Source: a virus
IMG/VR virus record: IMGVR_UViG_3300017746_000002
Span: 32,001-96,000 of that record
DNA length: 64,000 bases
Strand: one strand, 5' to 3'
The notes beneath the pieces were generated by a model. That model did no database searches. It was given only the letters and a program-made list of their open reading frames with translations, and had not been told where the DNA came from. Below, one piece after another: positions 8,301 to 19,700 of the stretch; the first letter of the stretch is position 1, and every line of letters starts with the position of its first letter. The position numbers were made by a program, and so were the translations under genes.

Positions 8301-10754
8301 TGCATTACTTATACCAACTAATTCATTGAGTTTTTTTATTAGTTTATTTACCATTAATAATTGATTCTTAGTTAAACCAGAATCTTTCCCTTGTAAGTTG
8401 TGTAGACCTCTATAACTCTCAACAAACTTTTGCCATCCTAGAATCTTTCCTATATATTCTGGCTTTCCAAAATTATCTGGATCTGTTGCATATTCCTTAA
8501 AGTTTTCAATAGTTCTTAATGACGCTGTTATTATGTCCATGTATATTGTTTTAACCTTTTCAGGATTCTCATATACTTCTCCAATTAGAGCTCTTGTTAC
8601 AGAAATTTCTTCCAGGATCTCTTTCTTACCTTTATCTAATGAGATATAACCTCTAGTATTAGAAAGAACTTCCTGTGATGTCATTAAACCTTTATCAAAC
8701 TTAGTAAGAGCTTCAAACAAAGCATCATAAGTATCATAAGAATAATCTTCTTCATTTTCAGGTAATGCTTCTTCTTCAGTTAAGAAATCTTCTTTAGCTT
8801 CAGGAGCTTGTTCCATTTCTAATATTTCTTCAATAGTAGTTTGTTCTACAGAATCAATATCTAATGGAGCAATTTTTTCTACTTGCATTTTATTTACAGT
8901 AGATTTAACAGGTGTTATGCCTTCTATAGTATGGGTATTACCTTCTGCATTAATATTTATTACTAAACTGTTTTCTGCTAACTTATATCCCATATTCTCA
9001 AGAAGTCTTCTTTGTAATGCAGAACGTGTATCATTAAGTATTTTTGTTGAAACACCTTTTTCAAATAGTTCTGACTCAGTAGATATAATATCTTGAGAAT
9101 ATGCTGTTGAAAAACTACTAAGTCCACTAATAGATAAACTTATTGGTGTAATTACTCCGTTAACATCTACTTTTAATAAATCAATGGTGTCTGCAATACC
9201 GTTCTCAGAGTTACCAATAACTACATTAGGAACAAATACACTCCTATCATCATGAAGACCATACCCATGTACAATTGCACTTAGTTGACCCATTAATCTT
9301 TTAGCTGCTTGATCATTAAAATAATCAAAACTTAGATCTTCAACTTCTGTTTGAGTAGTTAACCCTGTAAGTAGAGTATGAAAATCAGTTCTTATTTTTC
9401 TATTAACAGAATCAGTGCTGCCTAGTATAACTTCTTCTGTGCTTTTAAATTTTATACTTGCATCATCTACATCTTTATACTTACCATCTTCTAATGTAAT
9501 TCTATTTAATCCTAATATGTCATGTTCAAACTTATCAGACTTTAAATTATTAAATAAATTCTCTACTATTGCTACTTGAGTAGGATTAGCGTGTTTTTTT
9601 ATAGCATCAAGATTACTCTTTGCCTGCGGTGTTAATGAAAACATTACTGTTGGGCTAACACTTTTAACTAGATTAAACTTTAGTTTATCAGTGTTTAATA
9701 TCTTTGCAATATCAGATAATGTAGCCGTAGAGTTAATATATTCTGTTTTTAATGGTAATCCTTGCCCTACATGTTTTCTATAGTAATCACCAACTATATC
9801 TTTAAACCACTTTAAGAACTCAATAATATTATTATACCAAGCCCTACTAGGTGTTGACTCATATTCTTTATTGAAATGTCTAACTAGTGATTGTGTAACT
9901 AATTCTAATGCTCTTACCTTTTTTGAAAATCCTCTTTTGTACGTATCTTCAATCTGTTGATTTAATACAGGGAATGTTTTTTTTGCTTCTGCATGTAATT
10001 TATTGAACAACTCTTGATTATCTAAAAATAAAGATTCAACAAAAGGATGTAACACTTCTTCTACTGCTGTATCTTTTGTTACTCTCCCTTTTATAAGTAT
10101 AGCTGTTCCATCATAGTAAAAGCTTTTTACTTTTTTAAATTCTGTCTTAGTTGGTCTAGCTTGTGCAGGTAGTGTGCTTAAAAAAAACTCAGCTTCTTTC
10201 ACACCCATAACTTTAACCTTAAGTCCAGGAAATTTTTCTACAAGACTATCTACTAACTGTAATATATTTGTTTGATCTTTATACTTTTTACCAGAATATG
10301 GTGACTCAGATATAATATCTTTAGGATTAAATAAACCATCATCAAAAAATACCTCATATGTTTTACCACTTCTAGTTGGTTCAATTCTTATGTAATCTTG
10401 AAAACCATGGTGTAAAAGATAGTTTCGTATTAATAAGTAATTATACTTAGCCCTTAACATATTACCTGTCGTTTCACCAGGTGTTGTGTTTTGTACAAAA
10501 TATCTACCGTCAACTTTTGCAATTAACTTTTTCTTTTTTAAGTTTCCATATAAAGAATTTTCAAAGTTCTTTTTTTCTAATGAAAAATATGCTTTCCTAT
10601 CTGCTAATAAGTCTTCTACTTCCATTACTGAAGGTATTAAATCATTTTTAGAAGCAGCTTGGTAATTAGTAATCAAAGCATCAACAATCATTTTGTCTTT
10701 ATACTTATCTTCTAAAGCTTTATATTCTTTTGTATTTACATTAAAACACGCCAT
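5325..10754 (-). CDS. Large virion cargo/ejection protein (1809 aa)
   Basis: It follows the virion RNAP gene after a 1-bp gap and is mostly helical, with a hydrophobic C-terminal segment (LGLFITTIIVRNLLV) and degenerate zincin-like and PD-(D/E)XK-like motifs. The position matches crAss-like cargo genes. Confidence 0.65.
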   Translation of the reverse strand: MACFNVNTKEYKALEDKYKDKMIVDALITNYQAASKNDLIPSVMEVEDLLADRKAYFSLEKKNFENSLYGNLKKKKLIAKVDGRYFVQNTTPGETTGNMLRAKYNYLLIRNYLLHHGFQDYIRIEPTRSGKTYEVFFDDGLFNPKDIISESPYSGKKYKDQTNILQLVDSLVEKFPGLKVKVMGVKEAEFFLSTLPAQARPTKTEFKKVKSFYYDGTAILIKGRVTKDTAVEEVLHPFVESLFLDNQELFNKLHAEAKKTFPVLNQQIEDTYKRGFSKKVRALELVTQSLVRHFNKEYESTPSRAWYNNIIEFLKWFKDIVGDYYRKHVGQGLPLKTEYINSTATLSDIAKILNTDKLKFNLVKSVSPTVMFSLTPQAKSNLDAIKKHANPTQVAIVENLFNNLKSDKFEHDILGLNRITLEDGKYKDVDDASIKFKSTEEVILGSTDSVNRKIRTDFHTLLTGLTTQTEVEDLSFDYFNDQAAKRLMGQLSAIVHGYGLHDDRSVFVPNVVIGNSENGIADTIDLLKVDVNGVITPISLSISGLSSFSTAYSQDIISTESELFEKGVSTKILNDTRSALQRRLLENMGYKLAENSLVININAEGNTHTIEGITPVKSTVNKMQVEKIAPLDIDSVEQTTIEEILEMEQAPEAKEDFLTEEEALPENEEDYSYDTYDALFEALTKFDKGLMTSQEVLSNTRGYISLDKGKKEILEEISVTRALIGEVYENPEKVKTIYMDIITASLRTIENFKEYATDPDNFGKPEYIGKILGWQKFVESYRGLHNLQGKDSGLTKNQLLMVNKLIKKLNELVGISNAQSPSDKGIFDASIRNYVRALVKSKSQRDFTEEELNEIMTTAKDIGVVDEAVSDMNTSSDPISALMAKIWKRDRQIVLDRVARRAPRIKAASLKLKKLGNEDFMWMIETDENGIPTGRYVKEIGKQYYEKRKVLRDKLYDEDGKYKTYRLIDPENLDNAKPEDIAYNKQLFQDKRDYRDYMKAERFGAAGPRDGKFHRYSQKFKDAREKHEVWFQEPESEFGYWVRRNSVSDKDWNDYRAKYYDSFDYEKAITDSDGIPTGGIVISHMSAPKRTFREIRKRAADGTEMRSDQWLKLHDPKTELERAQLEFYQMWMDVYEGELLNKLPDNIRMLGRLPVMEGVQMKGLKNKSTMVGRMWASMKRGTSNLINPTIKLKKTFTDENGNIITDSLPLMYVGSIRTEQQLIDIQNQIDAANTEYAQATTAAEKNKINKKLKVLRGEQNKIESRPEATNLNLNLDEVLLKFSAMAENYEVMSQAEDTYTAMMKVIQDRSEATYDEDGNLVPGEKTKEESRRYRRARKWMKMTYYGNDQDTLNFFEKMTKGLINQTSLAYVGFNVFGNLNNYLFGRLSNSIETLGSRHFDGSQMAYTLAEFNGRALQDAFSRLAEMTDSNSKWKPANFSSKYLASVDFFRMLDDKSDLREQTKGDKESLWRRLTNWGFFLQDAGEFNVQSKIGNVIVRSHTAINSKTGETKSLYDALIFNRETGALEMEEGYDQVQMYGRDKIMEWNDDARYEIRNNIREVNKIIHGNYAYEDRMVIQSHALGQLAAQFHKWVVPSIQTRFRPEYFDENLGYTEGRYLSFWNFMKYFYKNINELGSIHENYKKHHGVKGKQKLQNAYRTIGELGLFITTIIVRNLLVKLFEDDDDDSEVKKKLENVLVYQADRLRKELVTFNPVPGMGGYQQMMQLFKSPIAASRTLGELGQAMEVTVGTGLSYAFLDDEAFSETSYVYKRGDRKGKMKLGKEWGDALPILYTINRWKGYERITDFYIK

Positions 10755-10755
10755 A

Positions 10756-13700
10756 TTATATATTACATTTTAGGTTTTCCATAAATTTGCTAATTGATAT
10801 ATCCACTTTAGCATTAGTTTTATTATAAGCTGCAATTAGATCTTGTGCATTATAAATCTTCATAACATTGTTTGCACCCAATTTTTCTTCTCCAGTTAAT
10901 TTATCCCATTCTTTTTCAAGTTTAGAATCATTATCATTTCCTTTAGCTTGTTGACTTATACTTCCAGACAAAAATGATACTGGATCTACTACAGTACTAC
11001 TTTTTTCTTCAGCATTATCTTCTTCCAATCTAAAATCTTCATTTTCTTCATCAATTTCTTTATCAGATTTTAAATCATCAAGTGTAATATCAACTTTTTC
11101 ATTTTCAGTTTCTTCAGTTGCAGTTTCATTACTTTGTGCTTCAGGTGTAAAATTATCAATTGCAGTTTCAGCCGCTTGTTCTGGATCTATAACTGAATTA
11201 AATATGTCTTTTTTATCTTCTATATATTTCTTTATTTCTTTTTCAGCAGGTAGCTTTCCAAAAACTAAACCTATTGCATTTTGAGATAAAGATCCTACTT
11301 GTTCTATTTCAACATATTCTGCATAATTTCCAACCGCAATGTTGTTTTCATTATCTATAATCTCATAAGGATCTGTAATTGTTTTATTATCAATACCCTT
11401 ATAAGAAACAAGCTTATATAGTTTTTTATCTTTTTGTCCAAATTTACCTACACCTATACCCATTTCCATAACATATGGAAACTGTATTAGCGTAAGAGTT
11501 TTTGTTTTTGATACAGCTTTCATTGTTTTAAATCCAGATCCTCTTCTAATTATATAAATATTTTTTTGTATTTGATCTGATTTATCACCTTTTTTAACAC
11601 CTTTAAAAATATCAACAGTAACTGTTTTTTCTACATTATCTCTAACAACAGGATTTTTCTTTAAATTTTTATTTATAGCCTCTTGAGTTTTAATACCTGC
11701 TTTTGATATAATAGTTTGCTCACCATTCTCTAAGTTGTTATATACCATATCTTTCTGCAAAGATAATAATGTTTTCTTAGTAACCTTATCTATATTAGTA
11801 TTTGTAGAAAATCTAAAATCATTTCCTCTCATTAGCTCTGTTCTGATTTCAGTCCCATTTGAAGCATAATCAGTTGCAGTATTAATAAATGATGCTCTTA
11901 TTAACTTTTCTAATAAGATCATTTCATCTTCACTTCCTCTTTTCTTAGCAAGTTTTGTTTCAATAACTTTACCATGGGCTTCATCTATACCGTGTTTTTT
12001 ATATTCCTTGTCTACTTTTTTATCAAACTTACCTTTTCTAAGAACTTGAAATGCATGAATAACAGAACCGTATTCCTTAGTCTGATATTTAAACACTCTT
12101 TGAGCAAGATTTGATAAAACTTGTGTAGTTTCATCACCTTCTGCAACATCATAATCTACTAGTATAGAACGTTCTGGTATTACTATTTCTTCTGTATTAT
12201 ATGAAGATACTTCTCCACCTACTTTTGTACTTTTTAAATCATATCCAGTCTTACTATGAGACATGTAATCTTCAAGAAATTGTGTAGTAAGCTCTTCATA
12301 AGATACTCCAAATAATTTTTTATATTTATTATTATTAATCTTAGGGTCTTTCATTAACAAATGAATATCATTAATGGTATTTATTATATCATCAGTAACA
12401 GAAGCTGGTAATGCTGACATAAAAGTATTAGGACCATAACGGAAACCGTCTTTTACTAATAAATAGTTTATCATGTGCACCGCATCATGATGAGTATTTG
12501 GATCTTGATATAATTCTAAAAAACTATTTTGTATTCTTGATAACTCTGCATCATCAATTCTAGTCCATGTATTTGAGTTTATTTGTGATATACCTGAAAA
12601 ATTATCTTCATTATTAGTTTTTCTTAAGGTTATATACTTATCTATAAAATGATTATTCTTTTTAGTACTACTTAAATATTTCGTTACTCTTTCAACTACA
12701 GTATCAACACTTAATGCACCTTGAGGCATAGAAGGGAAAATTTTATTGTCATATATCATTCCATTTTGTAATGAGGCTCCTTGCCATGATTGATATGAAT
12801 TATTTAAAGTCCTATGTATATAAGATTTAGTATTTAAATAAGCAATAAGATCTACTGATATGTTTCCTAATTTACCAGGTTTAGTATATGTAACTTCAAG
12901 ATTTTTTATTAGAGTATTATATATCTTTTCAAATGGCTCAGTTCTTTGTAAGAATACTGCAGGTGCAAGGTAATCATAAGATTCTCTAAATAATTTATAA
13001 TTAGTTGCATGTATGTTTCTACCTTTTTTAAATATATTTCTAACATCTACAAGTATATCTGTATCTGCCTCAAATTCTTTATTAGTCATTTTTAAACCTA
13101 ACCCAATAGCAGCATCTTCTTTTCTTTGCATTGCTTCTAAGTCTCTACCTAATCCTTTTTGTAGATTAACCAGCTCTGTCATATTTCTTATTGACTCTGT
13201 AATATTGTATGCAATTAAAAACTGATCTATTGCTGCAAGGTCAAATTGTATTTCTTCATCAGACCATTGACCTATCCCAACCAAAGTTACATCTTGAGTT
13301 TTATCTAACTTAGGCGTGCCATCAGTAATAGCATTAAAATGTTTATTCATTCTTGTTAAAGACTCAAGACTAATTACTGGTGTTCTAGTAACTTTTTCTA
13401 ATTCCCCTTTTATTTTTCTTTTTCTAGTTTCTAAAACTGTTTTAATATTACCATCTACTTTTCCATTTTTTAGTTGATCAAAAGCAAAAGCAATTGTTGG
13501 GTGCTTAACTAAAAGAGTAATTGTTTTTATATCTACACCAAGAGCCAACATAGTTGTTACTGTAGCTAATGAATTTTTAGTAAGACCTAACTTCTTTGCA
13601 AGCCTTTCTTTAGCATTATCCGTCATTGCTGTTACTAAAGCAGATACAACAAATTGTTTTCTATATAGATCAGTGCTTTGTTTACCTGTTTTAGGGTCTA

Positions 13701-16700
13701 TAGTATACTCTACACCAAAATCATCATAAGAATAATTATTTCCATTAAGAGATAGACGGTCAAATGTTTCTACACCTTTTCTTTTTTTGCTTCTTAATTT
13801 AATACCGTGCTCCTGAAGAATATTTATAAGGATGTTTGGAAGTACTACAGCACCAATAGATCTTGCACCTTCTTTATTATTATCCCAAGCAGTAATTTTA
13901 CCATTAATATTATTTATATCTATTCCTGTCTCATTAACTTCTTCTGCTAATTCAGGTAATTCTCTTTGTATATATTGCCACGTTCCTTCACCAAATAAAT
14001 CTGTTGCAGCTTCATCAGTTAAAGGTGTAAGTACAGCTGGCTCAGAAGCAATAGCTTCTATTCTACCAGCTCTAGGGTCAGACATACCTTTGTTTCCAAG
14101 CAAAGCAATTTTACTATCTAAGATAACATTGTCTTGTGCTCCTTTATAAGGTTCTCTCATTATTGTTTGATCACCTATAGTGTATGTATGTTTTTTTCTA
14201 TAAGCTTTATATTCTTCAAATGATACTGGTTGACCTAACATAGTCATTGCTTCAGATAACCCTTCTGCTCTTTTAAATAGTTTTTTAGATGTTTCTACAT
14301 TTAAATCTGTGTCTGATGTAAGAAGACCAAACAACTCTATTTTTATTTTTAGTTCTTTATTTTTTAAATATTCTTTTATAAATTCTTCTTTAGCTTGAGG
14401 TGACATATTAGCTGTCTTTTCAGTTACTCCTAGTCTTTCAACGTTTTCTAAAGATTTTTCTCTACGTAAAACTTCTTCAACAGCCATATATAAACTGCTG
14501 TTCTTTTTACCATATTCATTTAATGTGTATTTTATATAATCATAATACGCATCTTCCATTCTTTCAGCAGAACCATATTCTATAAACTCTCCATTTTGTA
14601 CATAGAAGTCTTTAATATGCATATAAAGTTTATCAATATCAAAATCCGCTCCAGATATTTCTACAAGATCTCTTGAAAATATTGCAGATGAACCATAATA
14701 AACAGGTAAGAAATCTACAAGCTTAAGATTAACTGCTGAATGTTTATCTTGTGATGGTATTCTAATACCAAACATTTTAGCAATAGCATCTGGTATATTA
14801 TCTCCTATACTTAAAGGGTTTTCTAGTATAGATTTAAAATGAGGAGGCATTACAAATTCAGTATACTTTATACCAGTAGGTTGATTATTAGAGTCATACT
14901 CCATTACACCAGATCTTAAATGATCTAAATAATATTCATTTCTTTTTAATCCAGAAAAAGTTTCATTGTCTTTATCAGTATATGTTTTAGCTTTTAAATT
15001 TGGATCTAGATTTTTTAAACCTTCCCAATCATTAGATCTAATTACTGTCCAACGTATAGGTACTCCGTCTTTATCAACTGCTTCTACTTTTTTAACAACT
15101 TTAAATCCTGCATCTGAAACTAATGCTGCTGATATTCCAGGTTGTCTTTCTGCTAATACACCTTTACTAAAGAATGCTAAGAATAATTCTTGGAACTTTT
15201 TTACAGTAAGTTGGTTATTTAAATCATATTTTGGTTCACCAAACGCATCCATACCAAAATAATCTAGCATTTGTGATTTTGCTTGTGATGCTTCAAGACC
15301 TTTTATTGCATATTTTAAGAATGCTGTAAGGTTAGTAGTCATTCTTTTACCTGCATCTTTAGCTTTTATTAGTTCATCTTGTGAACCAGCCCAAGAGAAT
15401 ACTAAGTTTCTTCTTTTAAAGAATTCATTCTCAACTCTATCTGACATTGTATTATGAAATAAATTAATAACATCAGCAATAGACATTTCTGTTCCTGCTA
15501 CATTAACTAATTCATCTAACTTCTGTTCACTTGTAATTAAGTTCTTAATTTGACGAGGATCAATAACCTCCACTTTGTTAGAAGGATTAATAAGCTGTAG
15601 TCTCATATACTTAGCTCTAAGATCAGTTGTCATATCATTTGTCAAACTTCTATCATCATATGCAGCTTGTGTATCTTGCATATTCATCTTCATCATCTTA
15701 GATGCTGTAGCAGGTACAGCTATACTTACAATACCGTTACCTTCATTTTCTTGTTCTTGCTCAAACTTTTCTAACTTAACTCTTAAATTGTGTAACTCTA
15801 CTCTTCCCTCTCTTGCTACCATTTCACCATTTCTTTCTATAGATGTAAACTCAGGAGTCAAAACAAATGCTGACATCTTTAAGAATACTTGTCCATCAGC
15901 ATATACAAGTTTTAAAGAGTTCATAATCATATCTTGCTCTTTATAACTAAGTTTATTAAACCCACCAAAGAAATCATTATCAACCTTTACCATATTACCA
16001 GCAACAATCTGTTTTAATATATCATTCTTAGTTTTATTCCATTTACCAAAACCAAACATAAAGTGCTTAAAAGATTTTGTAGTAATATACATTTGACCAT
16101 CTGTTCTATCACCTTCTTGACCTTCTTTTTGTCTGTCTGATTCTATTATAGTATCAAATTCTTTTTTTATTTTTTCATCATTAAATAATAATTGCTTAAT
16201 TATATCTGTCTCATGATTAATACCAATTTCAGGATCACTAATTAAAGAACTAGCATTGGGTCCAGCAGCATTTTGCATCTTAGCTCTTTTAATCTTATCA
16301 ACAGCATCTTTAAGTGAATATGCTTCATCACCAAGAACTAACTGATTAATACCAATAGTGTTAAGTTGGTCATTTAAAAATATTTGTGCTAGATTATAAT
16401 CTAAGTTACCTTCTTCCATATTGTACAGAGACATTAATAGATCTGCTGAATCATTTTGAACTACTTGTATTTTACTGTTATTATCTTCTTGCACTTGACC
16501 TAAACCTTCTGAAATTTCAGTAGATATTTCATCCCATGCTCCTGTTTCTTTAAGAGTAATAATAAACTCATTAACATCTTGCATAGCTCTGCTTCTTACA
16601 GCATCATCACCATTTAACTCATTCCATAATGTATCAAAATCAACCATTTCACCGGTTCTTGCTTTTTCAATAGCTTCTTGTAGACCATCAACTACTGATG

Positions 16701-19700
16701 TATCTACATCCATAGTTTCACCAGTAATAATTTCTATTGCTTCGTTAGTAATTAAATCTTCTTGTGACTCATTAATTTGATCTAACTTATCTTTTAGTAC
16801 TTGAACTAGTCTGTAATCTTCAGCTTCCAAGGCTATGTCTATTCTTTCTTGTAATTCTTCTATAGTTTTAACAGTTATTTGTTTAGTGCTAAGACCAACT
16901 TGAACTTTAGAATCTTTAGATAAAGGAACAAAAGAAAATATATTTCTTGAAGTTGTAGATTTATCATTTAACCATTGTGCATCCTTAAGTAAGTATGTAT
17001 AAAATGTTTTATTACCATTTCTAAAAGAATACATTCTTCTATTCTTATCTTTACGGTTAGTGTATTGTTCAGATGTAAGAATTGAAGTACCCATCTCTTT
17101 CATTAACCTATCTTGTTCTGCATTGGTTATATCACTAAACTTCTTAAAACCTTGGTTGTACATTACAAACTGCATACCTCCAATGTCAACAATAGAATTT
17201 TCTCCAACAGATAGATTAGTTGATACAGCAACTTCACGGGATCTTAATACAGTACTAAGATTACCAGCAATTAGTTCTTCAGAAACTACATCTCCTATAC
17301 TAGGAGCTTCTATATTAATAGCTCTGTTCTTCCTAGCTTTTAATGAGTTTGTTAATTCTGCAACATCATCTATTCTAGTTAAACGCCCTGTATCAGTTCT
17401 ATTATTATCTTTATCTGTATTTCCTAAATAGATACTTTGTTTAGTTCTAGTTTCAGGATTAGCTTCTCTTTGTGCTCTTTCAAAAGATTGTTTAACTATT
17501 GTTTTTCTTTTTTCTACTGCTTCATCAGTTAAAGTTAAACCTTCATCTGACATTTCCACTTGCTTATATATTGCTAACGGTGCAAAATCTCCAGTGTTAG
17601 ATGCTTCAATAACTCTTATAAATATAGGAGCTAATACAAAAGGTTCACCAGTTTCTTTATCATAAAATTTAGGTGATTTATCAGGTGAAGTTCTATTATA
17701 ATAATACAAGTATGTGTGAATTAAACTTAATGCAAATTCTTTAGGTGTTGATGAACCAAACTGAACACCAGGTTTTTGATTAACATCAAGAGCTTTATTT
17801 TCTCTTAATACTCCATTTTCACTTATGTTTAATATACCGTCAGATTTAAGCCCAGAAATTCTCATAGGGTTTATTAAACCTTTTTCCACTATTGTTTGAA
17901 ACTTAGAGTCGTTTAAAAGTACATTATCCTTCATAAAAGGACTCTCTAGTATTTTGTTTGCAACATAGTCTGCCCCTTTCATTTCAATAATCTTTTCTAA
18001 ATGCAGTGTAGGCATTTGATGTGCATATATTAAATTTCCTTTAGGATCTTTAAATACAGTAGCACCAACAGATTCAGAAAATGGAGCATTGTTTATTGAT
18101 ATTTTAATAAGTCTAGATTTTATACCATAGAGTTCATCTGTTTTTTTAGAAGTATCTTCTCCATCTACGTCTTGGTTATCAAGAAATATGTTTTCTCCTC
18201 TGTTAATAGACTTTACTAATTCTTCAATGTCTACTTCTTCTATAGCATCATACATACTAAATGTATCAACTAGCATTTTTTGTTCAGGTGTAAAATTAGA
18301 TTGATCAAGAATATTAGTTAGAACACTATATTCTAAATATAAAGGACTAATGTCCATACCAAGATCAACTCTTAAATCTTCTGCTACTGAACTAGCTCTA
18401 TCAGATAGGTTTGTTTGTTCATCTATTTTAGAAATTGCCATTAATTGAGTTAGACTATTTAATGTTAGTGTTGCATTTGTATTTTCTTCAGAACCAAGAA
18501 CTTTAACTAAGTTATACATTTTATTAAATGAACTAGCCCATTCAGATAGTGTATGATGTGCATCATCTTTAGTAGTAGCAGAATATAAATTTACTACACC
18601 ACTACTATCTTTTTGCCAAAATATGTTATCTACTCTAAAGTTCATAAAACCATTTATAAACTGTTGGTATAATTCAGAGTCTTTTATCTCAGGTAATGTG
18701 TAATTATCATCAAACAATACTGCTGTTTTACCTGCATCATCCATAGCTTTATCAAACAGTCCAATATCTTTAAAGAAATTATCAATAAAGGCTTTACTGT
18801 GTGGGTTTTTTCTAGAATATAACCATGCTTTTTTAATTATCTCTATTTCATTTACTTCATTAGCAACTGCTTTTAGTATACCGTTATATACTCTATGTGC
18901 ATCAACACCAATGTTTAAAAGTTCAGTTTCAGCATCATCAAAATACTTATTACCGTATGTATCTGCTTCATTTAATGTAGTTAGACCAATATATGTTCTA
19001 AGGTCTGGACTTAACATTGATGAAAAACCTCCTATTTCATCACTAGATTTACCCCATTCATTTATAGATCTTACACCATCAGCTTCTAATTCTGCAATAT
19101 CTTCTTCTTCAAGATTTATCTTTTCAGCAATATCAGCAAGCCTTTCATTTACCATGTCTTTAATATCTTCAACTTGATCTAACATTGAATCATACATGTT
19201 CCTTACATGAGGAAGTGTATCTACTTGCCATTCCTCACTTTTTTGCATATAGAAATCTCTATTTGGATTATACATTTCAATTGCTAAGAAGACTACCTTT
19301 TCTAATTCTTCATTTTTATTAAAAACTCCTTCATGATTTCTTTTTCTTTTAAGGTATAGGTTTGTTATACCAGAAACAATAGTATGTTGCTGATCTGCAG
19401 GCATTACATTGTTTATTCTTTTTTCTATAAACTTTCCTTTTTGTGTTTTACTTTCATAACGAATATCTAATGTACCTAATCTAATTGACTTTTTGTATGC
19501 TACAGATGGAACTCCTTCTGCAGCCGCTATAGTAAACTTATTAGTTTGAACACCAGCTCTTTTATATTTTCCACCATCAATATCTTTAAATAATGAATTT
19601 AATTGATATGACTTATCTGCTTTAAATTGTCTTAATACTGCTTTGATAAAGTCTATAATTCTAGTAAACAAACTCTTAATTTCTGTATTTGTTTTAGTAG

